From Oopsacas minuta (Eukaryota; Animalia; Porifera): 9,041 nucleotides of DNA. The stretch is taken from NCBI GenBank assembly GCA_024704765.1, contig JAKMXF010000197.1:1-9041 (forward strand). The letters run 5' to 3'. The position numbers and the translations under genes were made by a program. Below are positions 1-6,852 of the stretch, one piece after another. The notes under the pieces are model-generated. The model ran no database searches and had not been told where the DNA came from. It saw only the letters and a list, made by a program, of their open reading frames with translations. Each line of letters starts with the position of its first letter. The first letter of the stretch is position 1.

Positions 1-183
1 TTTAGAAAACTCAAAGATAACCTCTTCGAACGCGAATTTGAGGATCTGCTCAGCCTCGGTCGGGCAATTTACAGATACCTTGAAGTCAGTCCCAAGGATG
101 AGGACAGAAAGACATTTGAAAATTGGATTAAAAGGCTAAATTCAGTTGTAGCGTATAAAGGAGACTACTTTGAATATTCATAG
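1..183 (+). CDS. Partial C-terminus of a mariner transposase (5' part outside the window; may be a pseudogene)
   Basis: Manual translation of frame +1: FRKLKDNLFEREFEDLLSLGRAIYRYLEVSPKDEDRKTFENWIKRLNSVVAYKGDYFEYS*. This matches the mariner C-terminal pattern F..LK..L....F ... F..W..R.....G.YFE. It is absent from the ORF track because it has no start codon. Confidence 0.82.
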   Translation, partial: FRKLKDNLFEREFEDLLSLGRAIYRYLEVSPKDEDRKTFENWIKRLNSVVAYKGDYFEYS

Positions 184-230
184 CAAAAATCACCAACTTT
201 ACACAAGTATCTATAGTTTTAGATGGTATG

Positions 231-254
231 ATTAGTATTTATTGAATGCCCCTG
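231..254. repeat. Right terminal inverted repeat of mariner element 1 (followed by TA at 255-256)
   Basis: ATTAGTATTTATTGAATGCCCCTG|TA resembles the termini of the other mariners in the window (TTTTTGAATGCCCTAAG|TA; TTTTCGAGTGCCCCTCG|TA). The partner TIR is outside the window, so the inner boundary is approximate. Confidence 0.7.
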
Positions 255-550
255 TATAAATACTTGTATGGAATTGAAATATGATTTTCCAGTTTCTACT
301 GTCTAGTAAATTATTTTCACCCATGAATTTGGTATTACTTGGATTTATACAAATAACTGCCTCAGATCCATATAATATTTTAAATCTTGTATACTACTGT
401 CTACTCGAGGATATCGAATCTGCGGTCCCGTTTATTCCAACTCTCTCTTGCTTTGCCATCTCCCCACTTATTCTGCACCCTGAGTAAGCTAGTTTAGTTA
501 CGCACTATGTTTGATGTGTTAATCCATCCCTTAAAATTTTTTGTCGAATA

Positions 551-623
551 GGAAGCAAATCTGGTTAATATTGGAAACCAAAATTATGTCCGGGTTTGGT
601 CTTATGAAAATCTGGCAACCCTA
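551..623 (-). mobile_element. Possible isolated terminus of a hAT (Blackjack/MER53-like) DNA transposon
   Basis: The reverse complement of 611-623 is TAGGGTTGCCAGA, followed internally by ...AAACCCGGACA. This resembles the TAGGGT(T/G)(G/A)CCA termini and CCGGACA subterminal motifs recalled for Blackjack-type hAT elements. No partner end or 8-bp TSD is found, and the inner boundary is arbitrary. Confidence 0.38.
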
Positions 624-679
624 TATATATCTTAATCTATCCTACTTTCAATTTATCTATTTTCGAGAGTCAATTTTTC

Positions 680-1746
680 ATGACTTCAAAACACATATCA
701 AACAAAACCTAATACCGAGCTTACATAAATACTCGTAGCGTACACTGCGGAAAACCACTCCAGATAAATGAGCTTCTCGTACCCATTTTAATGGGGAAGC
801 TCGAGCGTATCCCACTGTAAAGGAATGGACAAGTAAATTTAAGGCTGGTAGGGGCAGCATTGAAGATTCGCCTCGGACTGGAAGACAATTTGAGTTACCA
901 ACCCTGAAATTGCCTCTCAAATTCTGGAACTATTGGATATTGACCCCTATTTGAGCGTTGAAGAGATTTCCCTAATCCTGGAAATTTCATCGGAAAGTAT
1001 TCATACAATTCTACACGATTATCTTGAATATCGAAATATTTCAGGGAGATGGATAGCAAAATCCTCACAAAGGTATACGGAGAAGAGGGTTTCATGTGCG
1101 CGAAATATTGCTTATAGATTATAGAGATTGTGATTCTCGAAGCTTTTATGAAACTGTAACTGGTGACAAAACTTGGATTAAATTTTCTGAACCTATGCGT
1201 AAGGAACAAGCCAAATCGTGGCTCCCAAAAGGTTCTTATCTCCCGAAAAGGCACGTCCGGACTTTCGAGACGATAAGGTTCTATACAGCATATTTTTTGA
1301 TGCGTATGGCCAGTGGCTCAAATACCTCACTAAAGGAGAACGACTCAATGGAGAATTTTACGCAGATAAATGCCTAAGAGAATTCGAGAAAGTCTATAAA
1401 ACACGACATCCGCGTACAGTAACTCGAGGAATCAAACTTGTCCACAACAATGCCATGCCTAATGTTTCAAAATACGGTAGGAAAGCTATTGAGGATATCG
1501 GGTTTGAAACGATGGAACATCCTTCGTACTCCCAGATCTATCACCTGGTGATTTCTGACTATTTCCTGAACTGGAAAAAAAATCTCGGAGGACGGCTGTT
1601 TCATACCCGACAAGTGTTAGGAAACGGGATTACCACTACCTGAATTCAGTGGACATGGACGAGTATTAAAAACATTTTCAAATTGGGTTGAAAGGCTACA
1701 ACTATGAATTGATGTAGAGGGTGAGTGTTTCGAACATTTTATGTAG
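680..1746 (+). pseudogene. Mariner transposase pseudogene (DD34D type) with multiple frameshifts and stops
   Basis: Stitched frames give M...*YRAYINTR...YPTVKEWTSKFKAGRGSIEDSPRTGR (HTH and GRP-like linker), ISGRWIAK (WVPH-like), VTGDKTW (first D), KLVHNNAMPN (second D changed to N), HPSYS(P)DLSPGDF*LFPEL (third D, 34-residue spacing) and ...KTFSNWVERLQL*IDVEGECFEHFM*. The track ORFs 933-1124, 1096-1377 and 1218-1643 are pieces of it. Confidence 0.93.
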
Positions 1747-1790
1747 AAATTTGATTTGTAATTTGTTGTATTTTCAAGATATTAAACCAA

Positions 1791-1816
1791 GATTGAAACT
1801 TTTTGAATGCCCTAAG
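1791..1816. repeat. Right TIR of mariner element 2 (TA at 1817-1818)
   Basis: GATTGAAACTTTTTGAATGCCCTAAG followed by TA, ending 70 bp after the transposase stop. It has the mariner-type AAACTTTTTGAATGCCC core. Confidence 0.7.
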
Positions 1817-1829
1817 TAATATTCCAACA

Positions 1830-2605
1830 NNNNNNNNNNNNNNNNNNNNNNNNNNNNNNNNNNNNNNNNNNNNNNNNNNNNNNNNNNNNNNNNNNNNNNN
1901 NNNNNNNNNNNNNNNNNNNNNNNNNNNNNNNNNNNNNNNNNNNNNNNNNNNNNNNNNNNNNNNNNNNNNNNNNNNNNNNNNNNNNNNNNNNNNNNNNNNN
2001 NNNNNNNNNNNNNNNNNNNNNNNNNNNNNNNNNNNNNNNNNNNNNNNNNNNNNNNNNNNNNNNNNNNNNNNNNNNNNNNNNNNNNNNNNNNNNNNNNNNN
2101 NNNNNNNNNNNNNNNNNNNNNNNNNNNNNNNNNNNNNNNNNNNNNNNNNNNNNNNNNNNNNNNNNNNNNNNNNNNNNNNNNNNNNNNNNNNNNNNNNNNN
2201 NNNNNNNNNNNNNNNNNNNNNNNNNNNNNNNNNNNNNNNNNNNNNNNNNNNNNNNNNNNNNNNNNNNNNNNNNNNNNNNNNNNNNNNNNNNNNNNNNNNN
2301 NNNNNNNNNNNNNNNNNNNNNNNNNNNNNNNNNNNNNNNNNNNNNNNNNNNNNNNNNNNNNNNNNNNNNNNNNNNNNNNNNNNNNNNNNNNNNNNNNNNN
2401 NNNNNNNNNNNNNNNNNNNNNNNNNNNNNNNNNNNNNNNNNNNNNNNNNNNNNNNNNNNNNNNNNNNNNNNNNNNNNNNNNNNNNNNNNNNNNNNNNNNN
2501 NNNNNNNNNNNNNNNNNNNNNNNNNNNNNNNNNNNNNNNNNNNNNNNNNNNNNNNNNNNNNNNNNNNNNNNNNNNNNNNNNNNNNNNNNNNNNNNNNNNN
2601 NNNNN
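1830..2605. other. Assembly scaffold gap (776 N)
   Basis: Continuous run of n from 1830 to 2605. Confidence 1.
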
Positions 2606-2640
2606 TGTCGTACAGACATCCTTCCATTCGATTTTAATAG

Positions 2641-2659
2641 AGATGTGTATAAGAGACAG
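2641..2659 (+). other. Nextera/Tn5 mosaic-end adapter sequence (library contamination in the assembly)
   Basis: Exact 19/19 match to AGATGTGTATAAGAGACAG. It translates as the adapter peptide MCIRDS in the ORF track, lies 35 bp from a scaffold gap, and marks the point where transposase homology begins abruptly. Confidence 0.96.
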
Positions 2660-2660
2660 T

Positions 2661-3053
2661 GCTCAAACTGATCAAGACCTTGTTATAAAGCATATAGTCA
2701 AAGATCTTAGCAAGTCGATGTTTAACAATGAACCCTTTTTGTTCAAACAAGACATGCCCCTGCTCATACAGCAAATACCACGCAAAGTAGGCTTCACTAC
2801 GAAATTCCTGACTTTATTTCCAAACAGGAATGGCCCCCCATCTAGTCCGGACCTTAACCCTCTAGACTTCTCAGTTTGGTCTATATTACAAACAAAGGCT
2901 TGTTGTAAATCCCATAAAAATTTGGAGGCCCTGAAGCGATCAATAATACGTGCTTGGAATGAAATCCCCCAGGAAACCATGCGAATGGCAGTAGAGGCGG
3001 TTCCTTCACAACTTAGGGCTGTAATTAAGAAAAAAGGTGGATATATTGAATAA
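2661..3053 (+). pseudogene. maT/DD37D transposase C-terminal half with a compensated -1/+1 frameshift pair
   Basis: AQTDQDLVIKHIVKDLSKSMFNNEPFLFKQD, then the shifted frame APAHTANTTQSRLHYEIPDFISKQEWPP, then SSPDLNPLDFSVWSILQTKACCKSHKNLEALKRSIIRAW...KKKGGYIE*. The catalytic D codons at 2751-2753 and 2865-2867 are 114 nt apart, i.e. 37 residues between them. The sequence resembles the Bmmar1 transposase as recalled (MFNN..W.FQQDSAP.H...WP.SSPDLNPLD). Confidence 0.9.
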
Positions 3054-3147
3054 GCCTAATATATTATTATCCAAATAATGTGTACGTTGTTGTGTTAAGA
3101 TTTTAAGTCATTTCAGTGAGTTTTGCCAAAATTATGACCTTTTATCT

Positions 3148-3174
3148 GTGGGACAGAACTTATGGGCCACCCTG
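3148..3174. repeat. Right TIR of the maT element (TA at 3175-3176)
   Basis: GTGGGACAGAACTTATGGGCCACCCTG|TA, a CAGGGTG-type terminus ending about 120 bp after the stop codon. The partner is not visible. Confidence 0.72.
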
Positions 3175-3411
3175 TACTATAAATAGCAGTTATTTGACGT
3201 GGAGAATCCAAATTATTCAAAATTACATCATGACCGAAAATTGAGACCATAAATCAATATTTCAAATTTCAATTATGCTCTCATTGGAATAGACGTGGAA
3301 GCTAAATGGAAAGTCTATTGCAGAGATGTCAAATGTTTTCAAAGGTTTGTGGGGGTGCTGAATTCAAATATCAACATTATAAAGCAATTTGAGGTTATAA
3401 TTTTTTCACCT

Positions 3412-3440
3412 ATTTCCACATGCCGTGCCACTGTGGAAAT
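3412..3440. repeat. Short perfect hairpin (9-bp stem, 11-nt loop)
   Basis: ATTTCCACA (3412-3420) and TGTGGAAAT (3432-3440) are exact reverse complements around the loop TGCCGTGCCAC. Confidence 0.75.
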
Positions 3441-3451
3441 GTTTTTTCATA

Positions 3452-3477
3452 CGAAGGGCACTAAAAAAGTTTTGACG
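3452..3477. repeat. TIR of mariner element 3452-4757 (transposase 3' side)
   Basis: CGAAGGGCACTAAAAAAGTTTTGACG preceded by TA; 22/26 inverted match to 4732-4757. Confidence 0.92.
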
Positions 3478-3515
3478 TTGACCGACATATCAGATAGTAA
3501 TAATAAAATTGACTA

Positions 3516-4600
3516 TTACATTTTTCAATTACTCTCCCTGACAATCTATACATTATTTCATTCTGGTAAACCAATTATCAAAACATTTTTTCCACTCTTC
3601 TTTGGGTATGTCTCTGATCGCTTGGAAAAGTGTCCCTCTCAACTCCTCATTAGTTGAAAATCTCCTCCCACGTAATTGATCTTTGAGTCTAGGAACAACC
3701 AGAAGTCGCAAGGGGCTAAATCAGGACTGTAGGGTGGGTGAAGTAATGTTTTGAGGCCAGAATTTCCAAAAACTCACGAGTTCTGATTGCCGTATGCGAT
3801 GATGCATTATCATGATGATGAAGAATTCCTCTAATGCCTGTCTTCTCCCGCTGTGACTCAATTACTGTGATGACTTTGGGTAGGCACACTGCAGTGTACC
3901 AGTCGGCAGTAACAGTCTTTCTATCCTCGAGAGCAACAGCTTCGACAAACCCACTAGATCTGAAAAAATCGCCCACATTTGTTTCCCAACAGATCTAGCC
4001 CTCCGCATTTTTGGTTGGAGGTGGGGCATCTTCTTCAACCCACTCCTTTGAAATTCGCTTTGTTTCTGGATCACAATGGTATATCCATGTCTCATCACCT
4101 GTAAGGATCTCTGAAACAGCTCTTGAATTTCCATTAGCAAACCTTTTGAGCATAATTTTGCAAAAGTCTATGCGGGATATTTTTTGCTGTAAGTTCAAAG
4201 AATGGGGGATCCATCGGGCACACAACTTCCTGACACAAAGTTCTTTGTGTAAAAGGATATTAATTGTCCCCGACGATAACTTGGTTTCATACTCTAACTG
4301 AGCGTACGTAATATGAAGATCTTTAGTAATTTGATCTAGCATTTCGTTAACATTTTCTTCATTATGTGAAACATTCGGTCTTCCTGAACGAGGGGCATCT
4401 TCAAGAACAAAGTTTCCGTGAATAAATTCCCTGTACCATCGTTCAACTGTGCTTAGAGAAGGAGCTAGATCCGGGAAATGTTCCTGTAAAGATTCATAGA
4501 TTTCTACTCTTGTCTTCTGTAGTTTGAATAAGATCAAAATCATTGCTCGAAAATCAAGTTTTGTAAGATCTGATTTAGATTGAGATAGTTTAGAAGCCAT
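3516..4600 (-). pseudogene. Mariner transposase pseudogene (DD34D)
   Basis: MASKLSQ...FRAMILILFK...TVERWYREF...LEDAPRSGRP...CARWIPH...ILTGDETWIYHCDPETK (first D); ...TVTADWYTAVCLPKV...ILHHHDNASSH (second D); HPPYSPDLAPCDFWLF (third D, 34 residues after the second once one indel is corrected); ...CFDNWFTRMK*CIDCQGE*. Indels lie near 4008-4012, 3963-3968, 3763-3765 and 3692-3695, with in-frame stops at 3553-3555 and 3529-3531. Confidence 0.96.
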
Positions 4601-4731
4601 GTATACTAAAATTATCTAATTTATGAAAGTAGAAGAGATAAATGAATGAAAGTTTCAAAGTAGGGTAATAAAATATGTCTGAAAAGATGGATGCGGAAAA
4701 ATATCCGACAGATTAATGGTTTCATATCAAG

Positions 4732-4757
4732 CGGCAAAACTTTTCGAGTGCCCCTCG
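4732..4757. repeat. TIR of mariner element 3452-4757 (transposase 5' side)
   Basis: CGGCAAAACTTTTCGAGTGCCCCTCG followed by TA; 22/26 inverted match to 3452-3477. Confidence 0.92.
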
Positions 4758-5293
4758 TAGTAAGCATGTATACAACTTCATTCGAATTTACGGTCTAAAA
4801 TTTGAATTTGATTCTGAAACTCCTTTCCTATATTTAGGAGACATGATCGTTTATGTAAAGTAAATATAATTCCAAAATTCTTACAACTCACTGAGATATA
4901 AGAATTCAAAGTTGAAGTTGGAAGTGAGAGTTGAGGGAGGATTGATTAGATCAAACATAAAGTAGTGTCAGTTCAAACTGTTGTTTCTTAATCTTAAAAC
5001 TGAATGTAAAATATTTTTATGCTAATCGATAGTTGAGATGTGAACGTTTCTAACGATATCAATATTATCGTGAAATGCCAAAACATTGGCACAAATACAG
5101 CATTCTAAAATCATTAAATTCAGTTTTTTGTTCATTACGAACTCAAACTTTGAAGTCAATTCTCGAAATTACGTACCACCAGAATTGTCTCAAACTTTAC
5201 AGATACCTTCTATCGTATTCTATAATTCAATTTCTTAAAGAAAAACAGGGGGTGACTATCGTTATTATCTTGTACAGCCTAACCAATGACTGT
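4758..5293 (+). repeat. Left arm of a long inverted repeat (continues at 3437-3451 on the other side of the mariner insertion)
   Basis: TAGTAAGCATGTATACAACTTCATTCGAATTTA...AAAAACAGGGG (4758-5251) aligns by eye to the reverse complement of ~6350-6838 at roughly 90% identity with a few small indels. 5254-5293 aligns to the reverse complement of 6231-6269. Confidence 0.93.
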
Positions 5294-6230
5294 TTCCAAA
5301 TCAAACAAATATTCTTTCTCATGAAATGATTACATACATCATTGCCAGTTCCATTTTCAAAGTGTTTCATGCTTCTTTGATAATTTCCATTTTTGGTAGC
5401 ATGCGATGTACGAAATATGTTTTGGACAAAATAACTATTTATTTGTTTCCTTATCCATGAAATTATTTTGAAATTCAGCTTTCGTTTTTCATTTTATGAT
5501 TTTTGTATTTTGATACCTCTTTCTCTAGCTTTTGTACCTTCCTTTATTCGCAATCCTTCTGTGAATATCATGATTTCTATTGAATTATGGCGTGCTCACA
5601 TTGGTATGCACTCTCTCTGTAAATCCCCAATCATTCTGGATCATCATGTGACATGAATTCCTTCACATCGGCTCATTTATCCGCTTTTCTACTCTATTGG
5701 CTTGTATTGTCTCTATCTTCCTCATCCTGGAGAATGATATGAGTACTCGTCTCTACTTTTAGTTCTTTCGACGCAATGATCACCAAGTTATCTGTCAGCT
5801 CCAAAATTTCTAGCACTATTTGGGGATCCATTTGTAAGGAGGTGTAATTCTATGCTGAATATATTGTGTGCATTGAAGAGATAACAAATAGTATGTGTGT
5901 AATTCCATATCGATTTTGGATGTTCTGTTACATTGTCTATAAATACAAATGAATTTCGTTGCAACTCTTAGCTCTCATTAGTCATTACTATTTCACTAAG
6001 ATTATAGTACTTTGGTGTATAAATGTATTTTTCGAAAGAAATTGTATCAGATAAAAATTCAGAATATTTTGAGGTGATCATATTTGGAGAAACATCTTAA
6101 AAATATTCATTTGTTCTGAAATTTGGAAATTAAAATTACAAAATTACTTAAAAAGTTTAAAGAATTTGCGAAGTAATATTAGAATGGTACTCATTCAAGT
6201 AGCTTAATGTGACTTCCTATACGTAAGATC

Positions 6231-6852
6231 ACAGTCACTGTGTAGGCTTATAATATAATAACGATAGTCTATTGTAGCAGTAAAACAAATGAAATTGAGA
6301 AATAATAGATACTTTCATAAAGATGAAAAGTCATAAAAACTACCAGTGACCCCTGTTTTTCTTTAAGAAAATGAATTATAGAATACGATAGAAGGTATCA
6401 GTAAAGTTTGAGGCGATTCTGCTGGTAAATAATTTCGAGAATTGATTTCAAAGTTGGAGTTCGTAGTACACAAAAAACTGTGAAATTAATGATTTTAGAA
6501 TGCTGTTCTGGGTGCTAATGTTTGGTATTTCACGATAATATCGATATCGTTGGAAACATTCACATCTCAACTATCGATTAGCATAAAAATATTCTACATT
6601 CAGTTTTTAAGATTAAGAAACAACAGTTTGAACTGACCAACTTTATGTTTAATCTAATCAATCCTCCCTGAACTCTCACTTCCAACTTCAACTTTGAATT
6701 CTTATATCTCAGCGAGTTGTAGGAATTTTGAATTAAATTTACTCTATATAAATGACTCCTAAATATAGGAAAGGAATTTCAGAATCAAATTCAAATTTTA
6801 GACCATAAATTCGAATGAAGTTGTATACATGCTTACTATGACAAAAACATTT
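6231..6852 (-). repeat. Right arm of the long inverted repeat (carries an extra ~80 bp at ~6270-6349)
   Basis: Reverse complement of 4758-5293. Its last bases (6837-6852, TATGACAAAAACATTT) are the reverse complement of AAATGTTTTTTCATA at 3437-3451 with one indel. Confidence 0.92.

Larger units (their letters stand above)
1..254 (+). mobile_element. 3' end of a mariner-family (Tc1/mariner) DNA transposon, running off the left edge of the window
   Basis: Transposase C-terminus at 1-183, then ...TATTTATTGAATGCCCCTG|TA (TA at 255-256). The reverse complement TA-CAGGGGCATTCAATAAATA is a mariner-type terminal inverted repeat with a TA target-site duplication. Confidence 0.85.
624..1816 (+). mobile_element. 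Degenerate mariner (DD34D) element; right TIR present, left TIR not found
   Basis: Transposase pseudogene at 680-1746, then GATTGAAACTTTTTGAATGCCCTAAG|TA (TA at 1817-1818). No matching left TIR is seen upstream, so the left boundary is uncertain. Confidence 0.85.
2660..3174 (+). mobile_element. 3' part of a maT (DD37D, Bmmar1-like) DNA transposon
   Basis: Transposase C-half at 2661-3053, then GTGGGACAGAACTTATGGGCCACCCTG|TA (TA at 3175-3176; reverse complement TA-CAGGGTGGCCCATAAGTTCTGTCCCAC). The 5' part is missing at the adapter and gap. Confidence 0.88.
3452..4757 (-). mobile_element. Full-length (1306 bp) mariner DD34D element with both TIRs and a TA target-site duplication; non-functional copy
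   Basis: Left TIR TA|CGAAGGGCACTAAAAAAGTTTTGACG (3452-3477) and right TIR CGGCAAAACTTTTCGAGTGCCCCTCG|TA (4732-4757) match at 22/26 as inverted repeats. TA lies at 3450-3451 and 4758-4759, and the transposase lies between the TIRs on the minus strand. Confidence 0.96.

Noticed and set aside
281-738. Short ORFs 281-487 and 541-738
   Set aside because: They are under 70 aa, have the composition expected from AT-rich DNA and show no recognisable domain. The second starts at TTG and crosses repeat boundaries.
1165-1448. Two G-to-A changes at likely ancestral CpG sites in mariner 2 (GAC AAA at 1165-1170; CAC AAC at 1443-1448) suggesting methylation-driven decay
   Set aside because: Two inferred events without a family consensus are too few to claim a CpG bias.
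1774-3053. Long track ORFs spanning the gap (1803-3053 +, 1774-2619 -, 1812-2627 -)
   Set aside because: They are artefacts of translating N as X. The 416-aa ORF joins a mariner TIR, the gap, adapter sequence and a maT fragment.
678-4301. ORFs antisense to or out of frame with the transposases (678-920 -, 895-1254 -, 2672-2980 -, 3295-3657 +, 4011-4301 +)
   Set aside because: They are shadow frames overlapping transposase pseudogenes and have no recognisable motifs.
3995-4600. Domesticated SETMAR/Metnase-like gene
   Set aside because: There is no SET domain or splice fusion. The ORF lies between intact TIRs with a TA duplication and the catalytic half is broken.
5075-5656. Short ORFs 5075-5329 and 5468-5656 inside the inverted-repeat element
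   Set aside because: No recognisable family. The first lies in the left arm, and its mirror copy in the right arm carries indels and gives no matching ORF in the track.
5330-6230. Spacer of the inverted repeat as a decayed transposase
   Set aside because: Manual translation of the minus-strand frames gave many stops and no DDE, THAP, RAG1-like or zinc-finger motif that I could recognise. A profile search would be needed.
6230-6242. Palindrome CACAGT-C-ACTGTG containing an RSS-like heptamer
   Set aside because: It is only 13 bp, is not conserved in the left arm (CCAATGACTGTT), and has no nonamer or TSD, so it is compatible with chance.
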